Assembly: GCA_026026165.1 (NCBI GenBank)
Contig: JAPEUD010000036.1
Span: forward strand, 186,001-232,110
Origin: Sarea resinae
Lineage: Eukaryota
Length of the DNA: 46,110 nucleotides
Direction of reading: 5' to 3'
Part shown: positions 11,232 to 21,167 of the stretch, one piece after another
Position numbering within the stretch: the first letter of the stretch is position 1
Layout: each line of letters starts with the position of its first letter
Translations under genes and position numbers: made by a program
The notes under the pieces: generated by a model
What the model was told of the DNA's origin: nothing
Database searches by the model: none
Seen by the model: the letters and a program-made list of their open reading frames with translations, nothing else

Positions 11232-12260
11232 ATGCAGCGAGATGCCTCTTTTCCATCCGATGCATATCCATCGAAAGTAAAATATGTACGGAAATCCAAA
11301 GACATCAATTGTGCGCTGGAAGAGCCATCAAACGAGCTGGGGGGCGGGGCCCTCAACGAGCTCACACAACGGCTGGCAGCAGTCTCAGTCTCGACTGAGA
11401 GTCACGCAGAGCCGTCTACTCCGCTGTCTCATAGCTCAGAGAAAGACAATGTCCTTCCAAGGAACCCTTCTGGTACCGCAAGCGAGGACGAACTTGCAGA
11501 CAGAGAAGCAGGCAATTCGCCCTCTTCCGTCATGAGCAACAATGATGCGGCAGAAGTCCGACGATCTCTCGCTTCAATGATTTCAGAGGCCTCTCAATTC
11601 GACTACGATACCTACCACAGGCGTCAAAATTCTGCTGGAAAGACATTTATTATCTACACCGTACCCGCTGCCATATATGAGCTTCCGAACCCAACAAAGG
11701 CAATCGCCCGGCTTGAGGTTGGCTCTTCATTTACGCCTGTGAGCGCAATAAGCGGGTGGAAGCACATGGAGGAGGGGCACTATGTTATCGATGCAGAATA
11801 CTGGACCGATCAAGTACTCAAGATCTCCAAGATTATCGGGCACGACCTTGAATCGAATACCACGAAAGACTGGGGGGTTTCTGGACGTTACCAGGCATGT
11901 CATGCGGAGAAGCAGTTGGTCGCGTACTTCATCAGAAAGCATGTATTTGAGGACGAGATGCGGAAGATGCAGATGAAAACTAAACATCTTCTCACAAATG
12001 CGTTTGAGGAATCGGCGACTCGCCAGGCATTTGAAGAGAAATGCAACGAGATCTTACCGAATGATTATATGAGGCTTTTAGGTCTCTGGGCGGACCCACC
12101 GCGATCTTCAATCCACCATGGTCTTATTTTTGTCAACTACAAGACGTGTCCGGATTGTTTTAACTTCATCAAAAAGGTGGAGCAGATGTACGGGCTGTCC
12201 TTTGACGTGCGATACCAGAAGCCCATCACAAATGGGACGACACCATGGTGTGTTCTCTAA
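11232..12260 (+). CDS. Zinc-dependent deaminase-fold protein, SsdA/DYW-like C-terminal domain; N-terminus may extend upstream via an acceptor at 11180 and a micro-exon at 10973-10999
   Basis: Intact 342-aa ORF. ACHAEKQLVAYF (HxE, 11901-11909) and KTCPDC (CxxC, 12147-12158), plus AISGW and GRYQACHAE context. In-frame GCTGAC..TAG acceptor at 11180 and GTATGT donor at 11000. Confidence 0.75.
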   Translation: MQRDASFPSDAYPSKVKYVRKSKDINCALEEPSNELGGGALNELTQRLAAVSVSTESHAEPSTPLSHSSEKDNVLPRNPSGTASEDELADREAGNSPSSVMSNNDAAEVRRSLASMISEASQFDYDTYHRRQNSAGKTFIIYTVPAAIYELPNPTKAIARLEVGSSFTPVSAISGWKHMEEGHYVIDAEYWTDQVLKISKIIGHDLESNTTKDWGVSGRYQACHAEKQLVAYFIRKHVFEDEMRKMQMKTKHLLTNAFEESATRQAFEEKCNEILPNDYMRLLGLWADPPRSSIHHGLIFVNYKTCPDCFNFIKKVEQMYGLSFDVRYQKPITNGTTPWCVL

Positions 12261-13255
12261 TGTCAAGCGATTCAACTTTCCGTCTGTCTTTGAACATTGG
12301 AGCTTCCCGAGGCGTGACCTATTGCCTGCCGATCAATTGCTCTCAATATTTTTTTCTTGTTTTTCGCATAGTTTTAGCAAAGTTAAGAGCTTTATTCGAA
12401 CTCAAAGTACCTCTGAGCTCCTGCGCTGCCTTCTGACATGTATTCCCATCGATGACAAACGCAAAATGAAAAGGACGAAGTCAAATCATCTACTTCTCCT
12501 AGCACATTTATATCTTGCTGTTCTGTCTCCGTCACAAAATCACTATATAATTGATTATCAATACTGATCTCTATATACTTAAAATCAAATAAGCAGGCCT
12601 TTTTGTTGCCAATTTCTACGACGAATTTCGTACGGTACGGCTCCCATCCGCTTGATTCGATTCATCAAACACAAAGACAATCAACGAGTCTTGACGACAT
12701 ATGACAGTGAATGATGTATATTCTGCCGCCCGCCTTATCCAAACTATTCACTAATCGCACAATTCACTTCTCGACGTCCTAGAGTATCACTGCTTTGAAA
12801 GTGCTCTGTGTCTTCCTACTTTTTGCTCTTCTTATTACCACCATGAAACCGATCATCATGACAGAGAATCGCACACCTAGCGAGCAAGGTCCTTTAGACC
12901 AAACCACTACCTCTTGGAAGCAAAAGCATATACTATAAGAAGAGATACTAGTATAAGCTAACCTAAGACATTTCCGAAATTATTAATAAGAGGGAAATTT
13001 AGTCTATATACTTATGATTGCAGAATGACTAGGACGGCGGAAAATTTACTATGAAAAGATAGGACACTAAGAAAATATAGACACTCCAGCAGAAGCTCTT
13101 AGAGGAGAGATAATTACCTACTAGACCGGGCGGAGAACCAGGTAGTCCTGGAGAACCACCTCATGGCAAGGGGGCAACCAGCAACAGGCGGGCTTCGAAC
13201 GTGGAACCTGGCTACCTCCAGTCGAGCATACTTCCCCAGTGTTTAAGGGAGAGTC

Positions 13256-13621
13256 TCAATCCATCGCGGTCCCTGTGAAACCGATCATCTCAATAGTATC
13301 GGTAATGGCACAAGTCTTGGGCCCCGCTTGGTAAGTTGGCCCGAAAGCCACTCTCGGGAAATAGCTCTGGTAGAGGAATTCCTGTTGATCGTCAAATGTA
13401 GAGAAGGCTCCCATATGGTCGTCCATAAATAACTCAAAAGTTGCCGACCCATTGTTGCCAATGATTGAGGCTATAGTCGCGACCTCTTTAGCAGCAGGCA
13501 TCGGTCCAAATACCATGTGCGAGAAACAAGCGTAGGTATGTGGCGCTCCTACTAATCCTTGCCCCATCCTCTTGTAGAGGTATTGGCCATGGGGAGTTAT
13601 AATTCCGGCTTTGAACTCATC
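13256..13621 (-). mobile_element. Ty3/gypsy-type reverse transcriptase fragment (catalytic region, FMDD)
   Basis: DEFKAGIITPHGQYLYKRMGQGLVGAPHTY...FELFMDDH...FPRVAFGP matches the LTR-retrotransposon RT motifs (KTAF/GxY/MPxGL/YxDD equivalents). Confidence 0.85.
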
Positions 13622-14757
13622 CCCTGTATTAGGACAACTCCGGCAACGGCCAGCTTTGCCTTCGCCGGCCCGACACCACTTCCCGCAGACATGTAGAGCT
13701 CGACCCCTTGGGTTATTAACGAATGAAGTACTGTATGCCATTAAGGATGCATACAGTCAATTAATATTTGCCGACTATTATCCAGGTCAAGTCCTTCCGG
13801 TAGCTGATCTATCGCCATTGAATTTCCGCCTGATAGCTAACTGCTGATTAGACGTCTTCATCCATCATGCCGATTACTCTGACGCAGCGCGCAGACACTA
13901 TCTGCAATCGTGGTACTGAGTCCACACCTTAGTGTGTCAAGTGTCTCGGACAAGCCCACCGTCCTAAGCTCCGAAAAGTCTTGCGTTTGCTGGGAGCGTG
14001 ATACCAGTCTCGGACGTGGCTGGGGGGGGGGGGGGGGGGGGGGGGGGTGGGGGGGGGGGCATAAAGAATGAGGCTAGAGATCTCAGAAGCACTTGAGAAC
14101 TACGCAGAAGTCCGGGGCCTCTCTGCAACAGCGGGAATAAAGGTGTAGAACATTACCCTGCAGAGGACAAAAGCCACCTCTAGCTTCGAATTTGCGGGTC
14201 CGATGCCACTGCCTGGCAACCGCAAATTCCAGACTTTTCCCGCGCTGGGTAAGGCGGTCCAAGAGCCTGGCCAGCTCAGTATCCTAGTGAGGGGCTTCGA
14301 TAGCCTCTCTGTGGATACTAATGTCTGGCTGGAGCTTGCGGGTCTCTTTACCCAGTGGGAGAAAGAAGTCATGCTTGTGTTCGTCCTAAGCAGAGAGTGG
14401 CTGGCGGAGGGATGTGGATTGCCAGGGGCTGCAGAAGTGGCATGGCATGACTATATTCACATCCCACTGCGACATCTCGCCAGGTGTCTCCATTTGATGG
14501 CACAGTCTCGGACGGAAGTGTGCCCAGTGTGTGCAGATCGGAAAGGAATGTTGAGCGGTAAGTATCCTTCCCTTGAACTGGCAGTTGACTGGCGTAGGCT
14601 AATGTTTGTACAGATCCCTGCTGACATGGACCATGAGCCATCGGGCATCCGCGCTATTTTTCGACAAGTTGTCGCCGGCACGAAGAACGTCGACGATCTC
14701 AGGCCCCTTGTCGACACTTCTTCTTCTAGGAAAGCTAGCGCTAGTGAACCTACATAG
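13611..14757 (+). pseudogene. Degenerate serine-recombinase (resolvase/invertase)-like gene, copy 1; interrupted by stops and a poly-G tract
   Basis: Reads ...VCQVSRTSP...[polyG]...EALENYAEVRGL...LSILVRGFDSLSVDTNVWLELAGLF...VMLVFV...WHDYIHIPLRHLARCL. Coding origin is supported by a paralog at 17341-17640; the fold assignment is inference. Confidence 0.5.
14022..14059 (+). repeat. Homopolymer G26-T-G11
   Basis: Seen directly. Confidence 0.95.
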
Positions 14758-15361
14758 AAAGTTAGCTCCCTCTCTTCCTATGTCTAGTATGCTCCTATTC
14801 GATAATATCGGAACAATATAGAAGATGTCTAGTATTATTCGAGGATAGCTTGCTATTAAGCAAAGATACCAGCTTATAGATACCTACACGCTGGTTCCAT
14901 AACAAATGTTAAGGTTTTAGGAGAAGGTATATTAAAGGGTACTTGCTAATTATAAGATATAATGCGATTCAGTGAATGCAGACTACCTATACAATATTCC
15001 CTTTCCAACTAATTCACCTATCTATACCTCAATTCATCTTACCCGCCTATACTAACATTATTGCCGCATTAGAACGCAGCCTTCTCTTCTACAACAATCT
15101 CTTTGCCTAATTCATTATTATTATATTATACCATTGTACTAACACTCAAGAAGACAAAGAATCACGGGACAAAGACACACAGAATTATCAGATACAGACA
15201 AGGAACTAGTCGACAAACAGGTAGAGCGGTCAAGAAGAAGCAGTCGAAAAGAACCTAAATTTCAAGTTTCTGTGAGTGAGTTGAGGTTGTTGAGGATAAG
15301 GTGATACCTATCTACCCTGACCTTCCTACAGGTACTAGCAATAACAATAATAGTGTGGTTA

Positions 15362-15670
15362 ATGCAAGGATCCTTCCTAATGTTTCTACAGGGCAAGAGC
15401 GCCTAGACTTTGGAAGAAGAAGGTTTAGGATAGTCCAACATCGCGCGGGATATCAGTCGCGTCTGGTTCAACAGCAGCGAAAACATCTTCGACAACCGTA
15501 AACAGGTGAGCGAGGTTATCGAGCTAATAAGGGGACATGTAGGGAGGGGAGCATCAATGCCCTTCAGGATCTCATCAGCCCCGTCACCACTCCGACTAGA
15601 CGACGATATGGATATGGACATGGATGAAGATGAAGATGAAGATGAAGATAAAGATGTTGGTGGAAGATGA
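15362..15670 (+). pseudogene. Possible HMG-box-like relic with acidic tail
   Basis: MQGSFLMFLQGKSA*TLEEEGLG*SNIARDISRVWFNSSE...DDDMDMDMDEDEDEDEDKD. FxxF and IxxxIxxxW spacing resembles HMG helices 1-2; weak. Confidence 0.3.
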
Positions 15671-16035
15671 GATACTGGATAATCATTTCCCCTGCCGTTG
15701 GCTTGGTGGTGACTGTGGCAGAGGCGCTTGTCTCGAAGAAAGAACTGGATATAAGTCGAACAGGCCACAGGCTTGCGGAACGGCGGAACTGTCGAACTGT
15801 ATTAGCTGACTGACACAACGAACAGACGCATATAAAGTCTCACCTGAGGGGCCTTGTCTCAAAGAGATGCCAATGGGAAGAGTGCAATACTAAGCGCAGG
15901 GGAAGGGAGAGGGGAGTTATAGCGTGGGATAGGCTGCCTAACACGACACCCTTAGTGACACACAACGCCTTGATTTGTCTCTGCAAGGGAGAAGTTTCTG
16001 CAAGACTAATCACTCGCAGTCTACAAATCCCGTGC

Positions 16036-16179
16036 GTCCTTTATAAAATCATACACTATTAGAAGACTGATAGGTTGCTAATACCTAAGGCTACCTTCTA
16101 TTATCTAGTCTATAAAAATATATAGGACACGCTCATAAAAGACCTCTCAACTGACTAGCTCAAGAAACTCAGGTACACG
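16036..16179 (+). pseudogene. Heavily C>T/G>A-mutated histone H3-like fragment (alphaN-alpha1 region)
   Basis: VLYKIIHY*KTDRLLIPKATFYYLVYKNI*DT aligns without gaps to H3 [32 protein letters not shown]: 12 of 32 identical and 8 more restorable by C>T/G>A reversal (TAT<CGT, AAA<GAA, TAG<CAG, CAC<CGC). Confidence 0.75.
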
Positions 16180-16391
16180 ACTTCCCAAGGCAGGCGAAAA
16201 GCGAGGTTGATCTGAGAATTCTTGCTGGATAGCTATATGATATCCTAGGAGCCAGAAAAAAAGCACGAGAACTAATATACAAACATACCTGCGCAACAAA
16301 GAGGCGCAGGGGAAAAAGAACCATGTGTAGGAGGAAAGTTTTAGGCTTCACCTCCCTGTTCGCGAGCTCTTAAGAAGATCTTACCGCGAGA

Positions 16392-17338
16392 TTGTTTGGC
16401 CGGTCTATCAAGTCAATGTGTGATAAGGAGAGAGAACGATTTATGCTGGACCAATTCATGCCCGGTCGACAAAGAGGTCTTGGCTACAAATCTAGAGAAT
16501 GGCGCAAATACAGTAACGCCAACCATCCTACGCTCGCTCCAGGGTCAATCTTTGCTTCTTTTTATATCCGGAACGTCGTTCGAAGTCTCACCCACGGATA
16601 TCAGCGCTTATATCATATCAACGCTTATATCGACATCGTACAGACTTCCAGCCAGTGGGACTCGATCCGGAAGGAGGAAGATCGCCCCGGCCTCTTGTAT
16701 TGCACGCATCTGCAGAGGATCTTCTTCGAGAAGGAGGTAGACGAAGAGCCCCTATGTGTCTCCTCCTTCACGTTCAACGAAAGATGGATTGTAAGAGAAG
16801 TTTTCGATCCTCTCCTGTTTGTACTATATTCTTTGATGAGTACCTAGAGGATCTAGCTAGAAATCTCGACCTAGACCTAGACAGACCGGTTGACCTCGCG
16901 ACTCGCGGATAGAGAGTTCGCATCAGCTGGGCGAGGCGCTTTAAGAGCCCGGCCAGCTGAACATTCCAAGCGGAACTCAACCAATGGGTGGCCGAGCAAG
17001 CGAAGTGGGAATCAAAGCTCATCGACGACCTCACTACCACCCCGGTACCTGGCCTTAACCTTATCACACTCGAGACGACAGAGCAGAAACTAGATCGATT
17101 GGCCACGATGGTAGACTCCATTCATACCATTGTCACTGCCCTCCAGGATAGTGTCAAAGACTATTCCGACGATCTCAAGAGCCACTCCACCCAGATCGCT
17201 CAGGTTGAAGAATCCGTGAACCGGAAAGCTGATGCTATCGACCTATTGGCGGGATCCATTGAAGCGATCTCTGATGACCTTCGTGACATAAAGAAAGACC
17301 TAGGTGCCACCATGCCAGCTAGCCATGGTCAATACTAA
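16392..17338 (+). pseudogene. Frameshifted relic of an unknown gene ending in a coiled-coil
   Basis: ORFs 16392-16847 and 16655-16912/16988-17338 read as one protein-like sequence across a frameshift and stops. Heptad pattern LDRLATMVDSIHTIVTALQDSVKDYSDDL. Confidence 0.4.
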
Positions 17339-17340
17339 GA

Positions 17341-17640
17341 GCATTATTACTTGTCCGAGGGTTAGACGGTCTCTCCGTGAGCGCCGAGGCATGGCTAGAG
17401 CTCGCAGCCCTCCTATTGGCACAAGACGTAATGCTTGTGTTTGTAACATGCACTGGGGCAGTAGAGGCCTTCGGGCTGGACGGGGGCCTAGTATGGCACC
17501 ACAGCAGCAAAGCAAAGCATCAACGCCTTACATAGAAATTACGAGGTAACAGCCTCTCAGACCCAAAAAGCTTACTTTATTCTACAGACATCGATCTCCT
17601 ACCTGCACATCGGGCTGCGCCAACTCGCCCAGTGCCTCGC
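17341..17640 (+). pseudogene. Degenerate serine-recombinase-like gene, copy 2 (truncated, frameshifted; not in ORF track)
   Basis: ALLLVRGLDGLSVSAEAWLELAALLLAQDVMLVFV...GLDGGLVWH (frame from 17341) and YLHIGLRQLAQCL (17600-17638) are clearly paralogous to 14284-14490. Confidence 0.6.
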
Positions 17641-17918
17641 TGGCGAGGCGCCTGCCTCGATGGCGGGGCGCCGGTCTCGCGGGTGGGCAGCCTCCTGCAG
17701 GCCGTCTGGGAAGAAGGTTTCGCGGGTTGCCGCGCTCTGGGGGCTAACCGGCAAAGAATCGCGACAGAGCAGAGGGGGAGACATGCCGCAGGGCGATCGA
17801 GATAATAGATGACACGACGCGATCCTCTCGCGCTGGAAACCAAGCTTAACTTTCCAAGACTAGGGATTTAATCTATGGCATTAAAGCTACTGATCTCGAA
17901 GACCCAACCAGAGGCACT

Positions 17919-18113
17919 TTCAGTCCAGTCTCTCAGACCGGAGAGAGATTCATGCTGGTAAGTGTTGACTATTCTATCCTCTTTCTAATCGCAGAACCAG
18001 TATCAAAAGCAACCTCAGCAGCGACACTCGATATATTCGAGCGGCGAGTTGTGAACACATCTGGTTGGCCAGAAACATTTTACACCGATAACAGGATCCA
18101 TTCTACTGGTTGA
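17919..18113 (+). mobile_element. LTR-retrotransposon integrase (rve) core fragment (not in ORF track)
   Basis: FSPVSQTGERFMLVSVDYSILFLIAEPVSKATSAATLDIFERRVVNTSGWPETFYTDNRIHSTG*: LVxVDY, GWP and YTDN(G) integrase motifs. Confidence 0.85.
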
Positions 18114-18661
18114 CTATTCCCAGCGAAGCTTCTAATGATTCTCACCTCTAGACCAGGCAGGAGATGTCTCTTGATTATGATATTCCTTTAATCAGACAGT
18201 TGAAATACACCTTGATTTCGAAATCCAATACATACCCAAACAAACAAAAGCTCCTTGAGGTCGCTTCCTTTGTTTCAGATAGTTTCGACCGTTAATCACT
18301 AAGATACCGTTTTTCTTAGAATACTGCAAGGAGATAGAATCATACAAGAGGCTTTTGATAGAAAGAGCGTCGCTTTAAAAAGAGTATCTGAGGCCTGAAA
18401 GGCGTTTGTTCTACTATGTTTTTTCTGGATATCTGGACTAATCAGAGGTGAATACCCTATTCACAACCTGATGCGTACTATAAGCAGAAGTCACTGGTCG
18501 GACCTGGAGTGAATTTGATGGGCTGCTCGCTACAGCATATATACGCAGCGTATGCTCGCTCTGCTCTATTCTCCTCTTGTCCCTACTATAGACAAAAGGA
18601 TCCAAAATGTACGCATTTAAAACTAAGAAAACAATCTTAGTGGCGCCATACCTGCTGATAT

Positions 18662-19018
18662 TATTACCAAGATCTTTATTAAGTAATTAGAGGACTCTGC
18701 TAGAAAAGTCAACCTAGATATATATAGGCAGTCCTACTACTCTACCTAGCAATAATAGGAACAAGCTAGTAACTAGGGAAACCTTTTTAGAGAGACTTAT
18801 TTAATAGAAGGTTAGCTACTACTTGCTATATGTTTTAAGACAATATAAGCAATTTACTGGCCTTAGACCTAGCTCGCTACCTAAATGTCGGCGATTTCGC
18901 ATTTATGACGCTCATTCTGCCGGCGCGCCTTGTCGGGGAGAACTGCCACGAAGAGGTCATTCAAGCGATGAAGAATCGTACCAAGGACTACCTACACAGA
19001 TAGCAGTAGTATGTATAA
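18662..19018 (+). pseudogene. TpA-rich degenerate ORF of unknown family
   Basis: One frame gives protein-like text (NLLALDLARYLNVGDFAFMTLILPARLVGENCHEEVIQAMKNRTKDYLHR) broken by TAG/TAA stops; no family recognised. Confidence 0.3.
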
Positions 19019-19531
19019 AGTAAATTTACTAGTGATTGTAAACAACGCTTATTTAACTATTGTCTACTAGGTACTATCTCACAATCTTGTATGTTGAGAA
19101 ACAAGATGTAGCCTATTAATACGACTAATTTAAAGCCTTGATCCCCTCTCAACCTATGAAGATCTATAGTTAAGCCTTAGAGTCTTCTTCTACAGGGTTG
19201 GCAGAAACAGCGTCGACCTCGAACAGAAAACCCTAACTAATAGCATACTCCTGAATTTGTTCGCATACCTGCTAATTAAAACTTACATAAATATAAGGAG
19301 TGTGTTTGGGAGGTTGGTAATCTCAGACGTCTTTAGGACACCTCATGTTCTCAAAGGCACATACAGCTACAAGTAGCAGGATCCTTAGAAAACTATTCCA
19401 CAGCAAGGTAAGTAGATACTTCTCTACAGAGACAGAGGCTGCGCCAAGGAATACTAAAGTTGTAAACATTGGCCGTCTGCAGGAGCTAATCTTGCGTTCC
19501 AGTCAATTAACAGCATTACAGCTTTGGGCCC

Positions 19532-20399
19532 TTGACTTATAATCCGCCACAAGTTCTGGATCGCTATCGAGATCGTGCAAACATCCTGATCGATAAAGCC
19601 GACCTGGTCAGAAGCTTCGACGTCGGGACGGACGAAAAGAAAATGGCACAGACAGAGATGAATCGCCTCCAGGGCGACTATACCATTCGGGTTGTTGAGA
19701 CCGATTTTTTCCCTTCAGGCAATCTGATTGCATTTTGCGTGCTCGGACTGGACTGGATGTGTATGTCTTGATCCGAGAGACAACTTTTTCAAACAGCTTC
19801 GCCTCCGCTTCGACAGTCTAGCAGGCAGACCGGTCAACTTCCTCCTGCTGGTCCTGCCGCTGCTCAGCTTCAGGCCGAGGCCGGATTTGACCAGTGAATG
19901 TAATAGATATAGATGACGACTGACCGCGTGGCTGCGGCTAAAACTTTTTGACGAATAGATCAGAATTTCCACAATAAAATTCCGAGAGGCATTTATACTG
20001 ATGGAGGAAGCTGAACGTGCCTATCGTGAGCGAAAGTTCTTTTCTTATTGCCGCGACTATGGGATACAGTTGCCTCTGACGACGATCTAGACTCTGAACT
20101 TACTGAAGTGGGATTGACGACTTCATCAGTCATGAATACTTTTATAGACACAATCACTTTAAGAGAGTGATTGCTTCGCCTTCGCCTTCAACTACGTTAT
20201 CCGCCGCCGCACTGCGGTTTCTATACTTTCGCTATGTCGTTACTTTCCTTGGCTGGAAGTTGCGCAATCCTAAGGGCGTCGCGGAGAAACTAGAGCATCA
20301 GGGAACGATCTGGGCGTCGCCAGGGCCGTATCTTGTAAGTACAACTCTGTAATAGTCGAGGGAACTGAATCAGGAGATCCTCAGTCTGCTGGGTCACTG
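19532..20399 (+). pseudogene. Relic of a fungal HNH (HNH_2-type) endonuclease-domain gene
   Basis: C-terminal block ALRFLYFRYVVTFL...IWASPGPYL resembles the RxLYFxY...WxSPGxYL tail of fungal HNH proteins. The HNH core itself is eroded or frameshifted. Confidence 0.45.
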
Positions 20400-20642
20400 A
20401 CGTTGCCAACTCGCGACGATAAGTAGCTGGTCTTCTGGTCGTAGGGAACCCAGTACTCCCTTCCCTGAACTCCTGTTCTTCTTCATGAACTATATTCGCG
20501 CTTGTCTCAGCCTATTCTTTCTTTGCTGTTGCCCGGACTGGATGAATGTGGTTGTTTTCCCCGACTCTGATGAGTTCACGACTTGTATCCGCGGGATCAG
20601 GAGGTTTCTTTATTCGTTTTGTCTGACGTTGAATGATTCTCA

Positions 20643-21167
20643 ACTGCTGACGTTTGGTTAGGCGATCATCCAATGACCAGCGATGAGCGTCAAAAGGCAA
20701 AACAACTGATTTTGACTTGGGTGGATCTGTTCGCGACAGACATCTGAGACATGCCCGCAACAGATCTAGTTGTCCATCGCATTCCTACGTATCAGGACAC
20801 AGTGCTAAAGAGTGCGAAGATTCCTCTCTATACGCCCGAGCAAATTCGATACATGAAGGACACGTTCCTAGCACTACTCTAATCAGGAGTCATTACGCAA
20901 TGCGAATCTCTACAGGCAGCAAAAACAAAGTCCCTAAGGAAGAAATCAGGGAAGCTAAGAATAGTACACATCTTCTGTCCTATCAATGCAGCAACAATCA
21001 AATCGTATTATCCAGTGCGACAGATCGAGCCGATTCTTTCTAAATTAAGCAAGTCAAATTTAAAGGTTTTCTTCCAGGCGGATGCAGCAAATAGCTATTG
21101 GGCCATGAAAATGCACCCATCTCATGCGTACAAGTCGGCTTTTCACCGGTCCGACCAGACATGTTAG
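20643..21167 (+). mobile_element. Ty3/gypsy pol fragment, N-terminal half of RT, with two in-frame stops (not in ORF track)
   Basis: ERQKAKQLILTWVDLFATDI*DMPATDLVVHRIPTY...LL*SGVITQCES...KKSGKLRIVHIFCPINAATIKSYYPVRQIEPIL...FFQADAANSYWAMKMHPSHAYKSAF. Stops TGA 20745 and TAA 20880. Confidence 0.9.

Noticed and set aside
12931..13200. Frame that reads protein-like if its eight stops are reverted to Gln/Arg
   Set aside because: Every stop codon is formally C>T-revertible and no family motif was recognised; kept only as part of the RIP-like island.
12844..13289. 14-nt exact repeat TGAAACCGATCATC at 12844 and 13276
   Set aside because: The second copy lies within RT coding sequence and there is no flanking similarity; likely chance.
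14457..14717. Minus-strand gag zinc-knuckle-like text (SAHTGHTSVRDC) upstream of the RT fragment
   Set aside because: The Cys pattern is incomplete, and the plus-strand frame is the one conserved with the 17.3-17.6 kb paralog.
14907..15144. Possible solo LTR (TGTTA...TAACA) with a PBS-like TGTTATGGAACC next to it on the minus strand
   Set aside because: No target-site duplication, no second LTR copy, and the short termini are expected by chance in TpA-rich DNA.
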